Origin: Anaerovoracaceae bacterium
GTDB taxonomy: Bacteria; Bacillota; Clostridia; Peptostreptococcales; Anaerovoracaceae
Direction of reading: 5' to 3'
Assembly (NCBI GenBank): GCA_036677845.1
Contig: JAVBVR010000025.1
Location: 46,583-110,582, forward strand
Length of the DNA: 64,000 bases
Shown piece by piece: positions 28,305 through 35,732 of the stretch. The translations under genes and the position numbers were made by a program. The notes beneath the pieces are model-generated. The model saw nothing but the letters and a program-made list of their open reading frames with translations, made no database searches and had not been told where the DNA came from. Each line of letters begins with the position of its first letter. The stretch's first letter is position 1.

Positions 28305-29813
28305 ATGAAACCATCAAGGTACAATTTTGTATTTCCTTATCAGTTCAACCGGGATTATTCCGTCGTGTACAACGCATTCCGGGATTCGGTCGGGATTGTA
28401 ACCGAACGGGAAGCGGAATTCATAAGGACTTGCGACCGAAGTCTGGGTATACATTATACAAAAGTCGATGACTTCATAAACAAGGGATTTATTATTGACG
28501 AGAATACCAATGAGCTTTCGGTTCTGAAGGTGGAGTTTCTGAAAAAAAAGTTCGATACAAGGAAATTATCTGTTGTGATCGTTCCCACTTACCATTGCAA
28601 TCTGGACTGTGCCTACTGTTATGAAAAGCTGAGTTACGGTGCGGTGGATAATACTGTCATGAGTGAATCCGTCCAGGACGGCATCTGTAAATGGATTGAA
28701 AGAAATCTCTATGGCGTTGAAACACTGGAAGTCTATTGGCATGGAGGAGAACCCCTGACGGCCTTGGATGTAGTAAGGCGGCTTGGAGAAAAGCTGAAAC
28801 AGCTGGCGGCGGAAAGGAAAATCCAATTCTCTACCGAAATGTCCACCAACGGGTATCTGTTTACGGCGTCTGTAGCAAAGGAATTGAAAGAGCTGGGGAT
28901 TACCAGGTATAAGATGTCCCTGGACGGATGCAGAGAGAATCATGATTCCAGAAAACGTCACAAGGACGGCAGCGCGACTTTTGATATGATCCTGGGAAAT
29001 ATTGAAAACAGCATTGATTTTGTCGATGAAATCGATCTCAGGCTCAATCTCGACAAAGAGGATATTCAGGATGCCTATGAAATTATGCGAATTCTGGATG
29101 AAAAGGGTCTGGACGGAAAGGTGATTCCGCGTCTCGGAAAGCCGCGTGAGTTTGCAGATTCCATCAACGACAAAACCTTTACAAGAGAGGAATACAGCTG
29201 CGAAGCAGTTCGTTTTTCGCTGCTTCAGGGAATCGGACCCTCTGATTTTTCCAAAAAAGACTGCTTTTGCCTGGTAAACCAGCTCAACAGTGTTATCATC
29301 GACGGACATGGCACTCTGTTCAAGTGTGTTTCAGACACGGGAGACGGACAGAGCTGCGGCAAGCTGGAGGAAGACGGTTCACTGGTCTATAACAAGAATT
29401 TTTACGCCCATGGCATCTATAATCCGCTTGAACTCGAACAATGTGAACCATGTCCCTATCTGCCCCTGTGCATCGGTGAATGCACGTATGACAGGAAAGA
29501 GGGAAACCCTTGTACCTTTGGTTCGCTTACGGATCAATGCTGGTCGCAGTTCATCAACGCCTATGTGGTGAAAAGGCTTCTGAACCGTCTACGGACTGCG
29601 GGATTCAGCTCTTCGGCAGGAAGAGGCATAGATGTGGATGGTCTGATTATGGGCAAATACGACGACCGGATGAACGAATTTATCCGCAACGCGGAGCTCA
29701 CTTATACTCTGGAGGACCTGTCCTCACTGGCGGAAAAATATCACATAACACTGAATGAAGAAGACGAGGAATTGCTTTTGCAGCTGATTCAGCCGACAGA
29801 TCTGGCCTTGTAA
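28305..29813 (+). CDS. radical SAM/SPASM-domain protein (peptide-maturase-like) with N-terminal RRE-like region and ~95-aa C-terminal tail
   Basis: ATG 28305 follows AAGGAGGG. CNLDCAYC is the CxxxCxxC cluster, at about residue 97. CEPCPYLPLCIGEC is the Cx2Cx5Cx3C SPASM motif. Extra upstream Cys residues (CFC, KC, SC) are present. Confidence 0.85.
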   Translation: MKPSRYNFVFPYQFNRDYSVVYNAFRDSVGIVTEREAEFIRTCDRSLGIHYTKVDDFINKGFIIDENTNELSVLKVEFLKKKFDTRKLSVVIVPTYHCNLDCAYCYEKLSYGAVDNTVMSESVQDGICKWIERNLYGVETLEVYWHGGEPLTALDVVRRLGEKLKQLAAERKIQFSTEMSTNGYLFTASVAKELKELGITRYKMSLDGCRENHDSRKRHKDGSATFDMILGNIENSIDFVDEIDLRLNLDKEDIQDAYEIMRILDEKGLDGKVIPRLGKPREFADSINDKTFTREEYSCEAVRFSLLQGIGPSDFSKKDCFCLVNQLNSVIIDGHGTLFKCVSDTGDGQSCGKLEEDGSLVYNKNFYAHGIYNPLELEQCEPCPYLPLCIGECTYDRKEGNPCTFGSLTDQCWSQFINAYVVKRLLNRLRTAGFSSSAGRGIDVDGLIMGKYDDRMNEFIRNAELTYTLEDLSSLAEKYHITLNEEDEELLLQLIQPTDLAL

Positions 29814-29886
29814 ACAAACGGGCAGGATGGTACAATAGGAAAAGCAAACTTGGCCACTAGATTCTGGCGGCAAAGGAGGAGGCACC

Positions 29887-30438
29887 GTGAACATCCTGAT
29901 CAGCGGCGGCTGTAAGAACGGAAAATCATACTATGCCCAGTATCTTGCAAAGCGACAGGCGGAAGAACACCGGCCGCTGTATTACATTGCGACCATGGAG
30001 CCGGCCGACGAAGAAGATCGGGCCCGCATCCTGAGACATCGGGAGGAACGGGATGGATGGGGCTTTCAGACTCTGGAGAAAAGCAGTGATATCAGATCTC
30101 TGGATGCGGATTTTTCCGGAAGCTTTCTCCTGGACAGTGTTACTGCTCTTCTATCCAATGAAATGTTCCGTAAGGATGGCACGGTAGACCGGGAAGCATA
30201 CATAAGGCTGGCCGGAGACCTTTCGCAGCTCGCAGACAAAAGCAGCAATATCGTATTCGTAACTGACTATATCTGTTCCGATGCGATGAGATACGACGAA
30301 CTGACGGAGCTGTACCGCAAAGGCCTAGCATGGATCGACCGCGTACTGGCAAAAAAATGCGACGTCGTGATCGAGGTGTCCTACGGGAATATTCAACTGA
30401 TCAAAGACGATAAAAATCTACGAATCGAAGATTCGTGA
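29887..30438 (+). CDS. cobU: adenosylcobinamide kinase / adenosylcobinamide-phosphate guanylyltransferase (divergent)
   Basis: GTG start after AAGGAGGAGG. P-loop GGCKNGKS and a conserved His region RILRHREER. 183 aa. Confidence 0.75.
   Translation: MNILISGGCKNGKSYYAQYLAKRQAEEHRPLYYIATMEPADEEDRARILRHREERDGWGFQTLEKSSDIRSLDADFSGSFLLDSVTALLSNEMFRKDGTVDREAYIRLAGDLSQLADKSSNIVFVTDYICSDAMRYDELTELYRKGLAWIDRVLAKKCDVVIEVSYGNIQLIKDDKNLRIEDS
30404..30436 (+). repeat. repeat copy A: AAGACGATAAAAATCT plus 7-bp hairpin (inside the cobU 3' end)
   Basis: The 16-mer is identical to 30489-30504. The hairpin is ACGAATC-GAA-GATTCGT. Confidence 0.8.
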
Positions 30439-30488
30439 TCTTTTAGCCCAAATTCTGGCAAAGGTGCTGAAGCACCGGGCAGAATGTT

Positions 30489-30521
30489 AAGACGATAAAA
30501 ATCTGCAAATCAGAGATTTGC
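30489..30521 (+). repeat. repeat copy B: AAGACGATAAAAATCT plus 7-bp hairpin (cobU-cobS intergenic)
   Basis: The hairpin is GCAAATC-AGA-GATTTGC. Two stem positions differ from copy A, and both changes are compensated in the opposite arm. Confidence 0.8.
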
Positions 30522-30543
30522 GGTCAGAAGGAGACGTTTCAAT

Positions 30544-31356
30544 TTGAAATACATTCAAGCTTTTTTCATGTCTCTTGGCATGTTTTCATACATTCCCTGT
30601 CCGTATCGCCCGTGGAATGAAAAGGCCAGGCATCTGATGCTGGTTTTTCTGCCGGTGGTAGGACTGGTGATCGGCGTCATCTGGTACGGGCTGTATCTCC
30701 TGACGGATCGGATTAATCTTCCGCTTCCGCTTCAGGCCGCCGTGCTGATGCTGTACCCATATTTCATAACCGGTTATATTCACCTTGATGGTTTTATGGA
30801 CACATCGGATGCGCTGCTCTCCGGGAGGCCGCTGGATGAAAAGCTCAGAATCCTGAAGGATCCGCATACCGGAGCCTTTGCTGTGATCTCTGTCGGGATT
30901 CTGTTTCTTGTCTGTTTTGCATCCATGCTGTCTGTTACCGAACAGCTTCACTTTAAACAGGCGCTCGGAATCACCGAAGGCGATTCCATGCTTGCACTGT
31001 TTCTGATCCCGGTGATCACAAGATGCTGTTCCGCTGCTGCGGTGCTGACGGGAAAACCCCTTGCCCACAGTCAATATCGAGAAGAACCGGGAACTAAGAA
31101 GCCGGTGGCGAAAGTTACGGCTGTCAGCCTGATGGGGCTTGCCGCAATTCTTGCCGCATTCGCTGCTGGAGCCGGTTTTTATATGCAGGAAGCAACATGG
31201 TCCGTGCTTATAGTCGTTGCAGGTGCGGTTGCCGGTTATCTTTTCGCCATGGCCGGAGCAGTGCGGCAGTTGAAAGGCGTATCGGGAGATCTGGCCGGTT
31301 ATGCATTGACAATAGGAGAAGCCTCGGCCGTCGTTGTGCTTGCACTTCTGATCTAA
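30544..31356 (+). CDS. cobS: adenosylcobinamide-GDP ribazoletransferase (cobalamin synthase)
   Basis: TTG start 10 nt after GGAG. HLDGFMDTSD motif and a multi-TM pattern. Confidence 0.85.
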   Translation: MKYIQAFFMSLGMFSYIPCPYRPWNEKARHLMLVFLPVVGLVIGVIWYGLYLLTDRINLPLPLQAAVLMLYPYFITGYIHLDGFMDTSDALLSGRPLDEKLRILKDPHTGAFAVISVGILFLVCFASMLSVTEQLHFKQALGITEGDSMLALFLIPVITRCCSAAAVLTGKPLAHSQYREEPGTKKPVAKVTAVSLMGLAAILAAFAAGAGFYMQEATWSVLIVVAGAVAGYLFAMAGAVRQLKGVSGDLAGYALTIGEASAVVVLALLI

Positions 31357-31359
31357 GAA

Positions 31360-31414
31360 TGACATGCGGCAGATGTGACATCCGACCTATGACATGCGAC
31401 CTATTGACATGCAA
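31360..31414 (+). repeat. four direct repeats of TGACAT(G/C)C(G/A)(G/A), period 14-16 nt
   Basis: TGACATGCGG 31360, TGACATCCGA 31376, TGACATGCGA 31390, TGACATGCAA 31405. The unit GACCTAT-TGACATGC is repeated. Lies in the 93-nt cobS / cobU-like gap. Confidence 0.75.
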
Positions 31415-31449
31415 CATCCTTGCAGAATGATGTAAGACGGGAGAGAGTG

Positions 31450-31875
31450 ATGCACTTAATTTTCGGAGGATCCTATCAGGGAAAACTGGAATATGCAAAA
31501 GAACGCTACCGGCTTGATGACCGGGATATTTTTTTCTGCCGTTCGGGAGAAGAAGACTGCTCTGCAGCCAGCCGGGAGACAGAACCCCCTGCCGTGCCGG
31601 AAATCGATTTTACCAGAAAAGCAGTTTGTCGGATGGAAGAGTTTATCCTGTGCTGTGTCAGGGCCGGGATGGAGGCGAAAGCCTATCTGGAAGCAAACCG
31701 AGAGCGGTGGAAGGATACGGTTTTTATTTGCACCGATATATCATCCGGCGTGGTTCCTTGCGATAAGGAACTGAGGGCCTGGCGCGAAATGGTGGGACGG
31801 ACGCTCATGTATCTGGGAAGGGAAGCGGAGGAAGTGACCCGGATTTTCTGCGGACTTCCCCAAAGGTTGAAGTAA
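31450..31875 (+). CDS. CobU-like protein with degenerate P-loop
   Basis: ATG 31450 follows GGGAGAG. The N-terminus MHLIFGGSYQGKL has L in place of the S/T of GK[ST]. The C-terminus SGVVPCDKELRAWREMVGRTLMYLGREAEEVTRIFCGLPQRLK resembles the CobU C-terminus. The guanylyl-His region was not found. Confidence 0.6.
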   Translation: MHLIFGGSYQGKLEYAKERYRLDDRDIFFCRSGEEDCSAASRETEPPAVPEIDFTRKAVCRMEEFILCCVRAGMEAKAYLEANRERWKDTVFICTDISSGVVPCDKELRAWREMVGRTLMYLGREAEEVTRIFCGLPQRLK

Positions 31876-31876
31876 T

Positions 31877-32476
31877 ATGGGTAAGATTCATCTGATCAGA
31901 CACGGAACAACAGAAGCAAATACAGCCAAAATGTATTACGGCAGCACCGACATTCCATTGAGCAACGAAGGCGTAGATCTGATTGCCGAACTGGTTCTGG
32001 CAGGTACCTACCCGAAGGCGGACGGTGCAGCTCTTTTTACCACAGGGCTGATACGTACAGAGCAGACTTTCTTCCTGATCTACGGATGCAGGGATCACCA
32101 GGCAATGCCGGAATTGAGAGAATATCATTTCGGTGAATTCGAGATGAAAACCCACGATCAGCTTTCGGAGCTCCATGAGTATCAGGCATGGATCAACGAC
32201 AAGGAAGGACTGACAGCCTGCCCGAAAGGAGAAAGCCCGAATGATTTCCGTAAGAGGATTTCCGCGGGATTTGCCAAAATATTGGAGCACCACAAAAGTG
32301 AACAAAACCGTGACAAAAGAAGTATTCTTATTTGTCACGGCGGAGTAATTTCTCTGATCATGGGAATCTGCTTCCCGAAGGAGGCGCGAGACATCTTCCA
32401 ATGGCAGCCCGAGCCGGGCAGGGGATACACGATACATACAGAGGACGGAGAGCCCGTTGCTTTTGATGGAATCTGA
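31877..32476 (+). CDS. cobC: alpha-ribazole phosphatase (histidine phosphatase family)
   Basis: LIRHGTTEAN (RHG motif) at the N-terminus. Sits within the cob nucleotide-loop cluster. Confidence 0.8.
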   Translation: MGKIHLIRHGTTEANTAKMYYGSTDIPLSNEGVDLIAELVLAGTYPKADGAALFTTGLIRTEQTFFLIYGCRDHQAMPELREYHFGEFEMKTHDQLSELHEYQAWINDKEGLTACPKGESPNDFRKRISAGFAKILEHHKSEQNRDKRSILICHGGVISLIMGICFPKEARDIFQWQPEPGRGYTIHTEDGEPVAFDGI

Positions 32477-32504
32477 CCGGCGGCTGACGACGGAATGGAG
32501 AGTA

Positions 32505-33764
32505 ATGATGAGAAGGATTTCAATTTTACTGTTATCCGTAGTTCTGACATTCGTCTTTTTTGGATGCGTCGGTGGGATCGATAAGGGAACGGATCTAGAA
32601 GAAGACTCCAATGAGAGTGCAAGGCGCAGGGTTAATTATGAAGAAGACGCCTATGACCTTATGGAAACAGACCGTCAGGCATTTCTAACACGTTATGAAA
32701 ACATGGTTCTGGATTTTTTTGATCAGGACCACATGGATGGATTAGAAGCAGATTATTATTACATACTGAACAACGGAGTTGAGGTAGGATTCTATGATGA
32801 TAGAATCGTATCGATAAACATTTTTTACGATAGGGAGAGCCTTCATCCCGTACCGGTATTAAAAGGAATCGGTGGCGAAGATAAATATAAAGACGCTGTA
32901 GACACATTGGGGGAGCAGTACTATAAAGGCGCCGAATCAGTCGGGCGCGAGGGTAAAGAAAAAGAGTATTTTGCTGCAGTGTTTTATGTCGGCAAGTACC
33001 GGTATGTGAAGATTTACTTTGACAGTGATACCGAATTTGTATCCCATATCGCCTGCTTCTATGGAGAGGCACCCGATTTCAAGGAGGCAGGAGGCATAAA
33101 AGCAGGGGACGACCTGGATCGGTTAAAGGCCGCGTACCGGGAATTATATTATGAAACTGCATATTATGATTCATCCCAGGGGGATCCGAAATATAACCGT
33201 ATCTATTACACTCCAACGGAAGTGGGGGACAGAGGGGTGGAGTGTACAGTGTATTATGTCTATAATAAAAAAGTAGTCAAGATCACTTCCAATGTATATG
33301 ACGTACTGGGATGGAGCAACTATGTCGACATCTTTGGGATGAAAGGGATATTGAAAGAAAACAATATGATCGGTCACAAAGGGAATATTGTTTATTTTTA
33401 TGATAGTGCCGACGGCAAAGAACAGGTGCTTCTGACGATCGATAATTGTGCAACAGAGGAAATCGATGTAGATAATGACGATATCACAGAAATTATTGCA
33501 TATAAAGCAGGCGAAAAAATGGCCTTAGTGATTTATGATTATGACCCTGCGACAGATACTATCTTGAAACTTGACGTCTGTGATGCTCTTGGGGCGCAAT
33601 GGTCCTCATATCGAGGCAACATGTCAAATGGGAAGCAGGAATATTCCAGATGTATTGAAGCAGGATTTGATGAAGAGGACGGCTCAACACGGATCGAGGT
33701 TTATTCCGTGAAGGACAATATTCTTGCGTATCTAGGGCCGTATAGTCAGGATCTGTTTCAATGA
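32505..33764 (+). CDS. Tyr/Asp-rich lipoprotein of unknown function
   Basis: Lipobox LTFVFFGCVGG. No recognisable domain. Visibly lower GC than the flanking genes. Confidence 0.65.
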   Translation: MMRRISILLLSVVLTFVFFGCVGGIDKGTDLEEDSNESARRRVNYEEDAYDLMETDRQAFLTRYENMVLDFFDQDHMDGLEADYYYILNNGVEVGFYDDRIVSINIFYDRESLHPVPVLKGIGGEDKYKDAVDTLGEQYYKGAESVGREGKEKEYFAAVFYVGKYRYVKIYFDSDTEFVSHIACFYGEAPDFKEAGGIKAGDDLDRLKAAYRELYYETAYYDSSQGDPKYNRIYYTPTEVGDRGVECTVYYVYNKKVVKITSNVYDVLGWSNYVDIFGMKGILKENNMIGHKGNIVYFYDSADGKEQVLLTIDNCATEEIDVDNDDITEIIAYKAGEKMALVIYDYDPATDTILKLDVCDALGAQWSSYRGNMSNGKQEYSRCIEAGFDEEDGSTRIEVYSVKDNILAYLGPYSQDLFQ

Positions 33765-33773
33765 ACGAATGCG

Positions 33774-33814
33774 AAACGACGCATTTCATTTCGATGAAAG
33801 GGTCGTTTTTTTTT
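33774..33814 (+). terminator. intrinsic terminator
   Basis: Long hairpin AAACGAC...GTCGTTT with an inner stem, followed by TTTTTTTT. Confidence 0.8.
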
Positions 33815-33845
33815 CGTAAATCCAGCCCATGATATTACGAGATGA

Positions 33846-33877
33846 TTGTAAACCAATAATGTGATTGTGGTTGACGA
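33846..33877 (+). promoter_or_regulatory. BirA operator-like inverted repeat upstream of bioY
   Basis: TTGTAAACC-N14-GGTTGACGA. 7 of 9 positions are complementary. This is the TGTnAACC...GGTTnACA type of half-sites known for Firmicute BirA. Confidence 0.6.
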
Positions 33878-33944
33878 TTGGATCCTCTTCCATTATAATC
33901 AAATTGTATTTCATACAGCCAAGGCTTAAAGAGAGGATATCATC

Positions 33945-34490
33945 ATGAAAAATCAAAAAACGGCCACACTTACTTTTATTGGTCTTATGACTGCAGTTAC
34001 CTGTATTCTTGGGCCTCTTTCCATTGCAATCCCGATCTCACCGGTCCCGATTTCCTTCACGAACCTTGCGATCTTCTTTTCTGTCATCATCCTAGGCTGG
34101 AAAAATGGAACGATCAGTTTTCTGGTCTATCTTCTGATCGGGTTCGCAGGCGTACCTGTTTTCTCTAATTTTACGGCAGGACCTGCCAAGTTGCTGGGGC
34201 CGACCGGCGGGTATCTGATCGGATTTATATTTTTGGCTGTCATTGCCGGCTTCTTCGTAGACAGATTTCCCGCTAAGGTCCCGTTGCACATAGTGGGCAT
34301 GGCACTTGGAATGATCGTAACATATATTCTCGGTTCGGGCTGGCTGGCTTATCAGGCAGGCATGAGCTTTCAGGCGGCTTTGCTTGCCGGAGTGATTCCA
34401 TATATCCCCGGCGACATTGTGAAGATTATCATAGCGGTTATTCTGGGAACGACTGTGAAGAAACAGATCAAACGGGCCGGATATCTTTAG
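33945..34490 (+). CDS. bioY: biotin transporter BioY (ECF S-component)
   Basis: 181 aa, six-TM pattern, with the segment GPTGGYLIGF typical of BioY. Confidence 0.85.
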   Translation: MKNQKTATLTFIGLMTAVTCILGPLSIAIPISPVPISFTNLAIFFSVIILGWKNGTISFLVYLLIGFAGVPVFSNFTAGPAKLLGPTGGYLIGFIFLAVIAGFFVDRFPAKVPLHIVGMALGMIVTYILGSGWLAYQAGMSFQAALLAGVIPYIPGDIVKIIIAVILGTTVKKQIKRAGYL

Positions 34491-34515
34491 TACGGATACA
34501 CAAGGGGAAAGCGAT

Positions 34516-35469
34516 ATGGATATTAGGAAACTGTCCCGGGAAATCATTAGAGGGAGAAGACTGACGCGTGAGGACGATCTGTCTTTTTTTGAGGATGCCG
34601 ATTTGGAGGGGCTTTGCAAAGGAGCGGACGACATCCGGAAAGGCCTATGCGGTAATACAATCGAATTGTGTTCCATCATAAATGGGAAAAGCGGAAAGTG
34701 TACTGAAGATTGCAAATTCTGTGCACAAAGTGCTCACCATCACACAAGAATTTCGGAATACGGCCTGCTCGATTCCAGCCGGATTCTATCCGACTGTAAA
34801 AAACATGCCGGCAAAGGCGTCCACCGTTACTCGATTGTAACGGCGGGACGCGATTTGAGCAGGAAAGACTTAGAGCGCGTATGTCATACCTACAGAATAC
34901 TGAAGGAAGAATGTGACATCGAATTGTGCGCATCCCATGGGCTCCTTGAGGAGGATGCATTCAGAGCACTTAAGGACAGCGGTGTTTCCATGTATCATAA
35001 AAACATTGAGACTTCAAAAAGAAATTTCCCGAATGTTTGCACCACGCACAATTACGAGGATAAAATAAACGGAATCAGGCTTGCGCGAAAAGCGGGTCTC
35101 AAAGTCTGTTCGGGCGGAATTATAGGCATGGGTGAAACCTTTGAGGACCGCGTGGATATGGCTGTCAGTCTTGCGGAGCTGGAGATCACATCTATTCCGG
35201 TCAATGTTCTGGTGCCGATTAAGGGGACCGCATATGAAAATTCAGGGGCACTGAGGGAGGACGAGATCTTGAGAACCATTGCGATGTTCCGATATCTCAA
35301 TCCGACAGCCAGAATCCGGCTGGCTGCAGGCAGAATTCTTATGGAGGACTCCGGCAGGAAGGCATTCCGATCAGGAGCGAATGCGGCTATTACAGGAGAA
35401 TTCCTCACCACATCCGGCAATAACATTGAGCAAGACAAAGAAATGCTGAAGCAATTGGGGTTCAAATAG
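34516..35469 (+). CDS. bioB: biotin synthase
   Basis: Radical SAM cluster CTEDCKFC. Length and C-terminal pattern fit BioB. Confidence 0.9.
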   Translation: MDIRKLSREIIRGRRLTREDDLSFFEDADLEGLCKGADDIRKGLCGNTIELCSIINGKSGKCTEDCKFCAQSAHHHTRISEYGLLDSSRILSDCKKHAGKGVHRYSIVTAGRDLSRKDLERVCHTYRILKEECDIELCASHGLLEEDAFRALKDSGVSMYHKNIETSKRNFPNVCTTHNYEDKINGIRLARKAGLKVCSGGIIGMGETFEDRVDMAVSLAELEITSIPVNVLVPIKGTAYENSGALREDEILRTIAMFRYLNPTARIRLAAGRILMEDSGRKAFRSGANAAITGEFLTTSGNNIEQDKEMLKQLGFK

Positions 35470-35475
35470 CAGAAG

Positions 35476-35512
35476 GGCAAGCCTTGCAGTGACAGGCTTG
35501 CCTCTTTATATT
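35476..35512 (+). terminator. intrinsic terminator
   Basis: Stem GGCAAGCCT / AGGCTTGCC followed by a TCTTTATATTT tail. Confidence 0.7.
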
Positions 35513-35599
35513 TATAGCTTTAGCTGCGGTTCTGACTGACGGGAGCATAAAACTTCACGTCCATTAACCCGATTTTTCCAGAAATATCAGGAAAAATCA

Positions 35600-35628
35600 T
35601 TGACTTTATCGCTTTAAAGTGGTAGCAT
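35600..35628 (+). promoter_or_regulatory. candidate promoter of the his operon
   Basis: TTGACT, 17-nt spacer, TAGCAT. There is no T-box-like leader downstream. Confidence 0.35.
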
Positions 35629-35732
35629 TATAACGTAATAAACCGACAGAGGCGGGAGCAATAAAAATTTTAAATTTGGCATGATAAACGGAACAGAGGG
35701 TTTCCGTATTACAATAGAAAGAGGAACAAAAT

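Noticed and set aside
28271-28471. 66-aa ORF overlapping the 5' end of the radical SAM gene, considered as a possible precursor peptide. Short ORFs in 28064-28304 were also considered.
   Set aside because: It has a TTG start without an RBS, lies in a different frame inside the maturase CDS, and is not Cys-, Gly- or Ser-rich in a precursor-like way. The other small ORFs (7-36 aa) also lack an RBS.
29853-29886. GCCACT...GGCAAAGG upstream of cobU, reminiscent of the conserved GCCACTG block of cobalamin riboswitches.
   Set aside because: Only 73 nt separate the rSAM stop from the cobU start, which is too short for a cobalamin aptamer. The other conserved blocks (the GGTG..AA..CC region and the B12 box) are not present.
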